DNA of 38,593 nt, taken from IMG/VR virus record IMGVR_UViG_2917865565_000005, positions 1 through 38,593 of that record; one strand, 5' to 3'. Numbering within the stretch: the stretch's first letter is position 1; each line of letters starts with the position of its first letter. Below the pieces are notes generated by a model, which saw only the letters and a list, made by a program, of their open reading frames with translations, was not told the DNA's origin and made no database searches. The position numbers and the translations under genes are program-made. The stretch comes from a virus (Duplodnaviria > Heunggongvirae > Uroviricota > Caudoviricetes). Positions 9,921-18,977 of the stretch are shown one piece after another.

Positions 9921-10154
9921 ATGCGCATTGAAATAATGATCGATAAAGAGCAGAAGATTAGCCAGTCTACCTTGGACGCCCTTGAATCCGAGCTTTACCG
10001 CAATCTGCGCCCCCTGTATCCCAAAACGGTAATTCGTATCCGTAAAGGTAGCTCTAACGGTGTGGAACTGACCGGACTGCAACTGGATGAAGAAAGAAAA
10101 CAAGTGATGAAAATTATGCAGAAGGTGTGGGAAGACGACAGCTGGCTGCATTAA
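9921..10154 (+). CDS. DinI-like domain protein (probably the C-terminal domain of the Tum-like antirepressor)
   Basis: From ATG 9921: 'MRIEIMIDKEQKISQSTLDALESELYRNLRPLYPKTVIRIRKG...KIMQKVWEDDSWLH', same length and pattern as E. coli DinI (MRIEVTI...WESADDWF) as recalled. Confidence 0.8.
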   Translation: MRIEIMIDKEQKISQSTLDALESELYRNLRPLYPKTVIRIRKGSSNGVELTGLQLDEERKQVMKIMQKVWEDDSWLH

Positions 10155-10162
10155 GAAACGTT

Positions 10163-10192
10163 GCCCCCAGGAGGATTCATTCTGATGGGGGC
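10163..10192. terminator. GC-rich hairpin between convergent genes
   Basis: Stem GCCCCCA (10163-10169) / TGGGGGC (10186-10192), 16-nt loop; lies between the stops of the DinI-like gene (10154) and the ASCH gene (10345). Long loop, weak T-tracts. Confidence 0.3.
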
Positions 10193-10344
10193 TAGTTTGG
10201 GCAACGAGTGAAACGAGGCGTAAGGTGGGTGGGCATTTTGATAAGTGCTCGTTCGCTTTGTGCCAGAGGCGGGCATTAATACAAATTTCACGTGATAAAA
10301 CGGTACTCAGTTATTCTAATCTGACATGCATAAACGTTGTTGGA

Positions 10345-10755
10345 TTACAAAACATCAACAACTTCAAACTCTTCCATAATCAGCTCCATATCGTCAGAAA
10401 AGTAACCTTCACATGTAAAAAATCGTTGATGCTCTCTCTGCCAATATTCAAGACTCAAATCGCCTTCACCTTCCTTGCGAGCGAACTCGGCAGTAACATC
10501 ACAAAAACGCACCAGTCGCATCGACACCAGCCGGGTCACGCATACCGGTACATCCTGGCCGTTAAGGATGATGTTATAGCTCCCAATCCTTGGGGCAAAC
10601 TCTTCCTTCTGGTAAGAGGCATAAGAGCCGCAGGAGGCCGTTTTAATCCCTTTTTTGATAAGTGCTGCAAGCTCGTTAGCCAGTTCAGGGCTGTCGCCCA
10701 CTTGCCAGGCATTCGCGTCCGGATATTTCATCTTTAATTCATCAACCGTAACCAT
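10345..10755 (-). CDS. ASCH/PUA-like domain protein
   Basis: 136 aa; 'LIKKGIKTASCGS' resembles the ASCH GxKT motif (compare YqfB 'ILAGRKTITIRD'); call by pattern recognition only. Confidence 0.5.
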   Translation of the reverse strand: MVTVDELKMKYPDANAWQVGDSPELANELAALIKKGIKTASCGSYASYQKEEFAPRIGSYNIILNGQDVPVCVTRLVSMRLVRFCDVTAEFARKEGEGDLSLEYWQREHQRFFTCEGYFSDDMELIMEEFEVVDVL

Positions 10756-11064
10756 TACAAGTCCTTTCTGATTGTAAAATAGATAAATAGCTGAGCATTA
10801 ATTGTTCAAATATTAACAGTGATGCTCTCTTGTTAGTATCATAGTCCGTTTCTCGTTCACAGCGGACTTTCATCTTTGTAAACCCGTATGATTCGCTTTT
10901 CAGCGGTCATTCAGATACGGATTTACGCTTCCCTTGGCTGTGCATGACTATGCTGCATGAAATCGCATGATCGATTGAGGATCGTTTTTGCAGAGACCTG
11001 CTAGAACTGGCGGGCTTTTACTCATGTCATGCAGGTGCATGAAAACCACTGCATAAAGCGGGCA

Positions 11065-11083
11065 GGCGTGGCGGGGATACGAG
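11065..11083. other. cos: cos cohesive-end site (P2/186-like)
   Basis: GGCGTGGCGGGGATACGAG followed by CGCGCGCTGAC; first 13 nt match the 186 cos 19-mer and the flank matches the P2 left end (GCGCGCTGAC), both recalled from memory. Confidence 0.5.
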
Positions 11084-11163
11084 CGCGCGCTGACATCGTT
11101 AAGTATTGACATATCAGATGTTTAAATAGGAAAATTACCAAAATCCAGAAAAAAGAAAAGAAT

Positions 11164-12313
11164 ATGAAGAAGTTAACTGCGAGACAAAGAGAGATTGACG
11201 TAAAACGCTCGATAAAGTTACGACAAGGGCGTGCTAAAGTTAGAAAAAAAGGTAAATCATTTCACTATAATGTTGAATGGCGTAAGGCTAACTATTGGAT
11301 TGAAGAACAATCAAAAAATGGATTAGATGTACAATTTGTAAGTAAAAAAAAGAAAGGGTTAATTCTAACTTTACCTTCTGAAATGAATTTTTCTACACAC
11401 TACGATGTTACTGTTCAGCATATTAATGCGATTCGAATGTTATCAGAGAGAAAAGGATTGCCTAATGCAGGTTATCAATTAGCATCTGTTAATTTTTTGT
11501 AATTTGAAGAAAATATCGACATCTGCAGCTCTTGTGTTAACTGCAGAGTTATCTAAATGGGATGATGCGATTAGGCAGAGGTTGACTCCAAAAATAGACG
11601 GTTGGGATAAAAATGTTCTACGTAATTTCTATGAATTGGGGTTCTTTGATTTATTCAAAAAAAGCAGGGATATAAAATTAAATTTTAATGATGAGTATTC
11701 AAAAATAAAAGGTAAGCGATTTGTAAAATATCTTAAAGGAAAGTGTGGGGAAATTAAGAAAACAAAAGTATTAAAAGAGGAGATTATTAAATTAGTTGGT
11801 GAGTCTATTGAAAAATGGACTTTCTTACATGGGGGCCTAAGTGAGGCTATTACCAATGTTTCTCATCATGCATATCCTTCTGATTGCGGATATAAAGAAT
11901 ATGATAAGAACTGGTATCTAACAGGATCTTATCATTTAGAAAGTAAGGAATTGAAGATAGTTTTTTATGATCAGGGTGTTGGTATCCCTAAAACTTTACC
12001 TGCATCAAAAGTTTGGGAAAAGGCATTAAATGTATTAGCATCAATTCCTGTATTGGAGCGATATCGTGATGAAGCACTCTTGAAAGCTGCGGTAGAGTTG
12101 GATAGGACAAGTACAGAAGAGGGAGATCGTGGTAAAGGCCTACAGGATCTACTTGAGTTTATTAAACAAAGAGAAAATGGTTATTTATCAATCATGAGCC
12201 TTAAGGGACTTTATAAACACTCAATGAATCAAGGTAATACAAAAATAAAAACTAAGAGTTTTGCATCCCCAATCTATGGTACACTAATAACTTGGAGTGT
12301 ATCTCTTGATTGA
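11164..12313 (+). CDS. GHKL (histidine-kinase-like ATPase fold) protein with basic N-terminal region; ORFs 11164..11502 and 11504..12313 are probably one gene
   Basis: Downstream ORF has N-box 'LSEAITNVSHHAY', G1 'VFYDQGVGIP', G2 'GDRGKGLQDL', G3 'YGTLITW'; it has no ATG or SD (starts at TTG one base after the upstream stop). Removing one T from T6 (11493-11498) fuses the two in frame. Confidence 0.6.
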
Positions 12314-12327
12314 GATGGAGGTTTAAT

Positions 12328-12735
12328 ATGAAAAATCTAGAAATTAATATAGGGAAAGAGTTTTCTTCTACTCCTTCAGGACGTTTCTATTCTGATATGA
12401 CAGATAGCAGCGGCGAACAGTTTAGAGAGGAGCTTTTATGGCCTCGCTTACAATTGCTTAAAGAAAAGCAAAAGATCGACATTATTTTGGATGATGACGT
12501 TGAAGGTTATGGTTCTTCTTTCCTCGTTGAAGGTTTTGCCGGTATAGTAAAATATGGATATATGGATAAACAACAACTATTAAGTAAACTTGAGTTAATT
12601 CAGAGAGATCCTGATTTTGCTTTGTTTAAGAGAAAAATAATACAATATATTAACGAGGCAGTGTTTGATTCAAAGGTTTATGAAAGTACCAAACCTATTT
12701 ATTTGTCTAAGTTGTTGACGCAAAAAAACACGTAA
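12328..12735 (+). CDS. Small STAS-like (anti-sigma-antagonist-like) protein
   Basis: 135 aa from ATG 12328 (SD GGAGG 12317-12321); 'KIDIILDDDVEGYGSSFLVEGFAGIVK' resembles the STAS phospho-serine loop region; stop overlaps the SD of the next gene. Confidence 0.5.
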   Translation: MKNLEINIGKEFSSTPSGRFYSDMTDSSGEQFREELLWPRLQLLKEKQKIDIILDDDVEGYGSSFLVEGFAGIVKYGYMDKQQLLSKLELIQRDPDFALFKRKIIQYINEAVFDSKVYESTKPIYLSKLLTQKNT

Positions 12736-12747
12736 GGAGTAAAGCAA

Positions 12748-13392
12748 ATGGAGCCCAATTATAATTATCATTATATGATGAGTAATAATGAGCTTTATTT
12801 TAGGGCGGGTTATGATGCTCAGCAATATGGGTTTGTTTTTTCTCATTCGGCTGTTGATGATGTCGACTTGGTACATATTATCAATGGTGGTTTTTCATCT
12901 GTTGCAGAAGCTATTAGTAACTCAGGAAACACCACACTTTCTGATGGGATTATACTTGCATTAGCAGGTGCGTTGAGTGCTTTTTTCTTTAATTTGATTC
13001 AAAAAGGAATTGACGCTAAGGCAAAACGTCTCACCAAATCTGGTGAAGCAATGTTATCCTTGATAAATGAATTGGAGGATATTGCAGTACGTTATTGGGT
13101 CAGAGGGCACGATTCATCTTGTGCTGATAATGAAAGCAATATTTGTGATGAGATTAATATCAAAGCCATGTTAATGACCTTGGATAAAAATATTAGGTTT
13201 ATGGTTGATAATTTACCGTTAAAAAACAAGTCTTTAAATAAAAATAAGCTGGAGAAATTTTCTTCTGATATTTATGATTTGGCATCTGGTGAAGATTTCG
13301 AAGCAGAGGTTAGGCCTCCCAATAAAACAAAGGCCTTTGCTATATCGAAAAAATGTAGTGAAGCAAAAGCCATCATTCTTGGTTTGATTTAA
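12748..13392 (+). CDS. Hypothetical protein with one hydrophobic (possible transmembrane) segment
   Basis: 214 aa; SD AAGGAG 12734-12739; hydrophobic stretch 'IILALAGALSAFFFNLI'; stop codon overlaps the portal gene stop on the other strand. Confidence 0.55.
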   Translation: MEPNYNYHYMMSNNELYFRAGYDAQQYGFVFSHSAVDDVDLVHIINGGFSSVAEAISNSGNTTLSDGIILALAGALSAFFFNLIQKGIDAKAKRLTKSGEAMLSLINELEDIAVRYWVRGHDSSCADNESNICDEINIKAMLMTLDKNIRFMVDNLPLKNKSLNKNKLEKFSSDIYDLASGEDFEAEVRPPNKTKAFAISKKCSEAKAIILGLI

Positions 13393-14417
13393 AAACGGTA
13401 ATCCTCAAAGTTAATTACTGTTATGTTTAACCAAATATTTAGCTCTGTTATTCTTTTCTGAAGAATTTCTAATTCATTTTTTACGAATACTTTGGCAGCT
13501 TTCTCCACATCCCCAAACCCCCCAACATTATTAGGCATTATCCCCATCATTTGCGGCGGCACTCGGTGTGCTGCCATCATGTCATCGCGGCTGACATTTT
13601 TGATATTCAGAAATTCATCCTTCGCCGCGACTTCTGACAGAGGAATGATCTGAAGCCCGTCCTTTTTGCCGTTAGGCGAGTACATAAACAGATTGCGGAA
13701 GTTGCCAGGGCCTTTGGCGCTTTTCATCGCATTGCGGAGGTTGTTCACATCCTCCTGGTTTTGCGCGGCATCGGTCATGTACATGATAAAGCCCGCATGG
13801 CTGCCGTTAATGTAATACTTGCGACGGAACAGCGTGGCGGACTCGTTGAGCAGGGCTGACGGAATGGCAGAAAGATAACCGGGCAGGCCGTAGATCTCCT
13901 GATTAATATCCGGTTCCATCAGGTGAAAAATGCTGCCTTTCGTGAACTGATACGGTTGCGTGGTCATGCCGTATTGCACAAACCAGTAGGTATCCAGATC
14001 TAATCCGCGTCGGGTGTATTTTGCCAGCGCAGGCTCAAGGGCGATAACTTCACCGAATCGGTTCGTGCGTTTCTCCAGGTAGGCGTTACCAAATACCAGA
14101 TAGTCCTGCACAAAACGTGAAAAAGCCTGTTGGCTGAGCAGCGGGTGAGGGATGTAGGTGCTGGTCAAAATGTTGCATTTCACCGCAATCGGTGAGCTGT
14201 GATGCACGGCGGCGCGGAAGGTTCGCGCCAGTCCGTCGAAACTTACAGGCGGCTCATACCAGCGATCCATCTGTACGCATTCCACATAGTCCAGCAGTTC
14301 ACGGCGGTCCAGAACAGGAACGGGATCGCCAAAGCTGAATGCTTCGGCTGAAGTTTGGCTTTTATGCTTGAGCTGATTCGTCGCCGCAGCGCGGTTCTTC
14401 TTACTCTTTCCCATCAA
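13389..14417 (-). CDS. Q: Capsid portal protein gpQ
   Basis: 342 aa, P2 Q-like length, paired with the terminase gene as in P2 (Q-P leftward). Confidence 0.9.
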   Translation of the reverse strand: MMGKSKKNRAAATNQLKHKSQTSAEAFSFGDPVPVLDRRELLDYVECVQMDRWYEPPVSFDGLARTFRAAVHHSSPIAVKCNILTSTYIPHPLLSQQAFSRFVQDYLVFGNAYLEKRTNRFGEVIALEPALAKYTRRGLDLDTYWFVQYGMTTQPYQFTKGSIFHLMEPDINQEIYGLPGYLSAIPSALLNESATLFRRKYYINGSHAGFIMYMTDAAQNQEDVNNLRNAMKSAKGPGNFRNLFMYSPNGKKDGLQIIPLSEVAAKDEFLNIKNVSRDDMMAAHRVPPQMMGIMPNNVGGFGDVEKAAKVFVKNELEILQKRITELNIWLNITVINFEDYRF

Positions 14418-16180
14418 AAAATCTCCACAATATTACTGGTATTGGCGGACTCGCCCTGCAGTGGTTCGTTAAACAGTGCGTGCATTGTTGCCCAGGCCAG
14501 ATCGGCGTGGCTGGCTTCTTCGCTGCGGTTGGCTTCATAGGTCGGGCGGTTGCCGCTGGCGGTAGTGGCGCGACGGATTGCCATAAATGATTGCGCAATG
14601 TCGGTGTGTCCGGCGTCAAATTCCAGGCGGCGGTGACTGATAATGTCGTAGGCCTTGAGTACCAGGGCGTTTTTAACGTTGGGGTTGTAGACAAACTCCC
14701 GGACGGCAGGAAAGAACGCTTTCACGTTCTCGTAAACCCCGTGACCGACGCCGGTTGAGTCGATACCGATATAGGTCACGTTGTACTGTTCAGTCAGTTT
14801 TTTGATGGCGTCAGCCTGGGCGCGGAAGTCCATCCCGCGCCACTGGTGACGCTCAAGAATGCGGAACTTACCGCCCGGCACCGCTGGCGGAGCCACCACC
14901 ACGCATCCGGCACTGTCGCCGTTTTGCGTACCTTTCGCCGGGTCATATCCGATCCACACTTCGCGCCAGCCAAACGGACGCAGGGCCAGTGCATGAAAGT
15001 CGGTCCAGACTTCCCAACTGTCCACCATGCACGCCTGCAGCTCGCTGAGCGGGAACACGGACGCGAGATCGTCCACAAACTCGCACATCAGCAGGTTCTG
15101 GTATTCGTCCGGGCTGTACTCCATGCGCAGCTGGTCGAGGTCGAATAGGTTACAGCCGCCGCGCACCGCATCTTCCACGGTGACTATCTGGCGGTATTGC
15201 CCGTCTGCACACAGCAGGCCGGGAGCCAGATTGCTGTGGGACAGGTCGATGTCCACCTTATCGGCTTTGTTGCGCCCACGGTTGAACAGCGCACCGGACC
15301 AGAACGGATAAGCACTGTGGGTCAGGCTGGATGGTGTGGAAAAATAGGTCTGTCGCCATTTCTTGTGAATAGCCATACCGGAAGCCACTTTGCGCAGCTC
15401 CTGGAATTTCGGTATCCAGAAATATTCATCCAGATACAGGTTGCCGTGGTAACTCTGGGCCGTGCGGGCATTGGTGCCGAGGAAGTAAAGCGTGGCCCCG
15501 TTGGGAAGCACCATCGGATCGCCTTTCAGCTCCACCTCCACTTCTTTGGCGAAGTCGATGATGTACTGTTTAAAGACGTGGGCCTGTGCCTTACTGGCGG
15601 AAAGGAAAATCTGGTTACGTCCGGTAAGCAGGGCGTCAATCAGGGCTTCACGGGCAAAGTAAAAGGTCGCGCCGATCTGGCGTGACTTCAGCAGGTTGCG
15701 GATGCGGTTGGTTTTTCCGGCTTCCCACCAGTGGCGCTGGTAGTTGAACATGGAGGAATGGAAAATTTCTTCCAGCTTCTCAATCTGTTCATCGGTGAAA
15801 ACGTTCTTTTCCGGCTGACGGCGTGGGCCTTTGTTGCGGTTGGCGACGTTAGGGTTTAAGTCGGCTTCGTTGCCGCCATTGTTAAACTTGCCGATCCGCG
15901 CGTGGCGTTCCGACTGGCGCGCCAGCAGGTCAATCTCTTTGAAATCTTTCCCTTCTTTGTGCTCCTTCATAATGAGCTGGCAGTAGCGTGCGGCGGTGGT
16001 GAGCTGCATCTGATCCAGCGGCCCATAGTCACCCCACTTGTCGCGTTTTTTCCAGCTGTGAACGGTTGCAACTTTCTCGCCCAGCATTTCAGCAATGCGG
16101 GCTACGCGGTATCCCTGAAAGTACAGCAGCATGGCCTGCCGACGGGGATCGAGATCTGCGGGTGTCAGTGTGGTGTTCAT
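14414..16180 (-). CDS. P: Terminase large (ATPase) subunit gpP
   Basis: 588-aa ORF; P2 P-like length and position; overlaps Q by 4 nt. Confidence 0.9.
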   Translation of the reverse strand: MNTTLTPADLDPRRQAMLLYFQGYRVARIAEMLGEKVATVHSWKKRDKWGDYGPLDQMQLTTAARYCQLIMKEHKEGKDFKEIDLLARQSERHARIGKFNNGGNEADLNPNVANRNKGPRRQPEKNVFTDEQIEKLEEIFHSSMFNYQRHWWEAGKTNRIRNLLKSRQIGATFYFAREALIDALLTGRNQIFLSASKAQAHVFKQYIIDFAKEVEVELKGDPMVLPNGATLYFLGTNARTAQSYHGNLYLDEYFWIPKFQELRKVASGMAIHKKWRQTYFSTPSSLTHSAYPFWSGALFNRGRNKADKVDIDLSHSNLAPGLLCADGQYRQIVTVEDAVRGGCNLFDLDQLRMEYSPDEYQNLLMCEFVDDLASVFPLSELQACMVDSWEVWTDFHALALRPFGWREVWIGYDPAKGTQNGDSAGCVVVAPPAVPGGKFRILERHQWRGMDFRAQADAIKKLTEQYNVTYIGIDSTGVGHGVYENVKAFFPAVREFVYNPNVKNALVLKAYDIISHRRLEFDAGHTDIAQSFMAIRRATTASGNRPTYEANRSEEASHADLAWATMHALFNEPLQGESANTSNIVEIF

Positions 16181-16226
16181 GGCACAAACCTACAGCCTTG
16201 AATGAAGGCTTTCCCCGCCTGCGGTT

Positions 16227-16244
16227 TGTGTGGTTGTCGGTACA
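16227..16244. promoter_or_regulatory. TGT-N12-ACA dyad (P2-type late-promoter activator site) upstream of gene O
   Basis: TGTgtggttgtcggtACA, centred about 87 bp upstream of the O ATG (16323), in the divergent P/O intergenic region. Confidence 0.5.
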
Positions 16245-16322
16245 AATACCGCGCATTGTTTCACTGCCCCCATCACCGCAACCATAAGGCTCCAGTAAGT
16301 TTTTTCTAACGGAGCACGGCTC

Positions 16323-17156
16323 ATGACAGTGAAAGCAAAGCGTTTTCGCATCGGGGTGGAAGGTGCCACCACCGACGGACGCGAAATCCAGCGTGAATGG
16401 CTGGAACAGATGGCAGCCAGCTACAACCCGGCGGTGTATACCGCGCTGATTAACCTTGAGCACATCAAGTCTTATCTGCCGGACAGCACCTTTAACCGCT
16501 ACGGCAAGGTGACGGCGCTGTTTGCTGAAGAAATCACGGAAGGTCCGCTGGCAGGCAAGATGGCGCTGTATGCCGACGTTGAGCCAACGGAATCTCTGGT
16601 GGAGCTGGTGAAAAAAGGCCAGAAATTATTCACCTCTATGGAAGTCAGCCCGAAGTTTGCTGATACGGGCAAAGCCTATCTGGTCGGCTTGGCTGCTACT
16701 GATGATCCCGCCAGTCTGGGTACGGAAATGCTGACATTCAGCGCCAGTGCAGCCCATAACCCGCTGGCAAACCGCAAGCAGAATCCCGCCAATCTTTTTA
16801 CCGCTGCAGAGGAAACGGTGATCGAACTGGAAGAAATCCAGGAGGACAAGCCGTCTCTGTTTGCCCGCGTCACGGCGCTGTTCACCAAAAAAGAGCAGTC
16901 CGATGATGCCAGGTTCTCTGATGTGCATAAGGCCGTGGAACTGGTCGCCACTGAGCAGCAAAACCTGAGCACGCGCACCGAAAAGTCCCTGTCTGAGCAG
17001 GAAGAACGCCTGTCTGAGATGGAGACTGCTCTGCAGGCACAACAAGCCGCCTTTAACGAACTGGTGGATAAGCTGAGTCATGAAGACAGCCGCCAGGACT
17101 ATCGCCAGCGTGCAACAGGCGGTAACGCCCCCGCTGACACTCTGACCAATTGCTGA
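16323..17156 (+). CDS. O: Capsid scaffolding protein gpO
   Basis: 277 aa; first gene of the rightward head operon; acidic coiled-coil C-terminal half. Confidence 0.85.
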   Translation: MTVKAKRFRIGVEGATTDGREIQREWLEQMAASYNPAVYTALINLEHIKSYLPDSTFNRYGKVTALFAEEITEGPLAGKMALYADVEPTESLVELVKKGQKLFTSMEVSPKFADTGKAYLVGLAATDDPASLGTEMLTFSASAAHNPLANRKQNPANLFTAAEETVIELEEIQEDKPSLFARVTALFTKKEQSDDARFSDVHKAVELVATEQQNLSTRTEKSLSEQEERLSEMETALQAQQAAFNELVDKLSHEDSRQDYRQRATGGNAPADTLTNC

Positions 17157-17172
17157 TGGAGCACAAAACCTG

Positions 17173-18228
17173 ATGAAGAAGAATACCCGCTTTGCTTTTA
17201 ACGCTTACCTGCAGCAGCTGGCGCGTCTGAACGGTGTGGCAGTTGAAGAACTGTCCAGCAAGTTCACTGTAGAGCCGTCTGTGCAGCAGACGCTGGAAGA
17301 CCAGATCCAGCAATCCGCCGCATTCCTGACGCTGATTAACGTCACGCCAGTGACTGAGCAGTCTGGTCAGTTGCTGGGGCTGGGTGTTGGCAGCACCATT
17401 GCCGGAACCACTGATACCACCGCAAAAGAGCGTGAGCCTGTCGATCCGACGCTGATGGTCGATGTGGAATATAAATGCGAGCAGACCAACTTTGACACGG
17501 TGCTGACCTACGCGAAGCTGGACCTGTGGGCGAAGTTTCAGGATTTCCAGGTGCGTATCCGTGACGCCATCGTGAAACGTCAGGCACTGGACCGCATCAT
17601 GATCGGCTTTAACGGCGTGAAGCGTGCGAAAACCTCCAACCGCAGCGAAAACCCGCTGCTGCAGGATGTGAATAAAGGCTGGCTACAGAAAATCCGTGAG
17701 GATGCACCGGATCACGTCATGGGCAGCACCACCACGGGCGGTGAAACCACACCGGGCGCGGTGAAAGTCGGTAAAGGTGGCGAATATGCCAACCTGGACG
17801 CCGTGGTGATGGATGCCGTTAATGAGCTTATCGACGTGGTCTACCAGGACGATGACGATCTGGTGGTGATTTGCGGTCGTGAACTGTTGTCTGATAAGTA
17901 TTTCCCGCTGGTCAACAAAGAGCAGGAAAACAGTGAAAAACTGGCTGCCGATATGATCATCAGCCAGAAACGCATGGGTGGCCTGCAGGCCGTGCGTGCG
18001 CCGTTCTTCCCGCCGAATGCGCTGCTGATCACTCGTCTGGATAACCTGTCCATCTACTGGCAGGAAGACACCCGCCGCCGTTCAGTTATCGACAACCCGA
18101 AACGTGACCGGATTGAAAACTTTGAATCCGTTAACGAAGCCTATGTGGTTGAGGACTACCGCTGCGCAGCACTGGTGGAAAACATCCAGATTGGCGACTT
18201 CAGCGTCGCCGCAGAAGCCGGAGCATAA
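17173..18228 (+). CDS. N: Major capsid protein gpN
   Basis: 351 aa, P2 N-like length and position after O. Confidence 0.9.
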   Translation: MKKNTRFAFNAYLQQLARLNGVAVEELSSKFTVEPSVQQTLEDQIQQSAAFLTLINVTPVTEQSGQLLGLGVGSTIAGTTDTTAKEREPVDPTLMVDVEYKCEQTNFDTVLTYAKLDLWAKFQDFQVRIRDAIVKRQALDRIMIGFNGVKRAKTSNRSENPLLQDVNKGWLQKIREDAPDHVMGSTTTGGETTPGAVKVGKGGEYANLDAVVMDAVNELIDVVYQDDDDLVVICGRELLSDKYFPLVNKEQENSEKLAADMIISQKRMGGLQAVRAPFFPPNALLITRLDNLSIYWQEDTRRRSVIDNPKRDRIENFESVNEAYVVEDYRCAALVENIQIGDFSVAAEAGA

Positions 18229-18231
18229 ACC

Positions 18232-18882
18232 ATGAGCCTGAGTCCCGCACGGCAGCATCGCCTGCGCGTTCAGGCTGAACAGGCCGCCCGCGAGGGTGGC
18301 AGTGTTCGCCACGCGTCGGGCTATGACCTGATGCTGCTGCAACTGGCGGAAGACCGCCGCCGTCTCAAGGGCGTTCAGTCCACGGTCAAAAAAGCGGAAA
18401 TCAAGGTGGAGCTGCTGCCGAAGTACGCCGCCTGGGCAGAGGGCGTCCTGGCTGCCGGAGGCACTCAACAGGATGACGTGCTGATGTACGTGATGCTGTG
18501 GCGCATTGATGCCGGAGATTATGCCGGGGCGCTGGAGATCGGGCGTCATGCCCTGCGTCATAGCTGGGTGATGCCACTGGGTAACCGCAATGTGCAGACC
18601 GTGCTGGCAGAGGAAATGGCAGACGCGGCGCAGAGCGCAATGCTTGCCGCCACCGGCTTTGATGCCGATCTGTTGCTGCAGACGCTGGAGCTGACAGACG
18701 GTCTGGATATGCCGGACCAGTCACGGGCGCGTCTGCATAAAGCGATTGGCGCTGTCCTGAGTGAAAGCAATCCGGCTTCCGCCCTTAACCATCTCAACCA
18801 TGCGTTGCAGCTCGATCACCGCTGTGGCGTGAAAAAAGACAAACAGCAGCTGGAGCGCAGACTGCGCAATGACAGCCGCTGA
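18232..18882 (+). CDS. M: Terminase small (endonuclease) subunit gpM
   Basis: 216-aa ORF after N as in P2. Confidence 0.8.
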   Translation: MSLSPARQHRLRVQAEQAAREGGSVRHASGYDLMLLQLAEDRRRLKGVQSTVKKAEIKVELLPKYAAWAEGVLAAGGTQQDDVLMYVMLWRIDAGDYAGALEIGRHALRHSWVMPLGNRNVQTVLAEEMADAAQSAMLAATGFDADLLLQTLELTDGLDMPDQSRARLHKAIGAVLSESNPASALNHLNHALQLDHRCGVKKDKQQLERRLRNDSR

Positions 18883-18977
18883 CAGAACGTGCCCCCGCGC
18901 ACGGGCGGCACGGGGTGGCGAAAGGCACAGCCACATCAAAACTCCGTCCACCGCCCTCTATTTCAGGAGAAAGCAGC

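Noticed and set aside
10225-10737. 170-aa plus-strand ORF overlapping the ASCH gene
   Set aside because: Fully antisense to a better-supported gene with a recognisable motif; composition is not protein-like.
11109-11163. A dedicated sigma70 promoter for the cargo cassette (TTGACA at 11109-11114)
   Set aside because: No acceptably spaced -10 hexamer follows the -35-like element; the region is AT-rich so promoter-like hexamers occur by chance. Left as unmapped.
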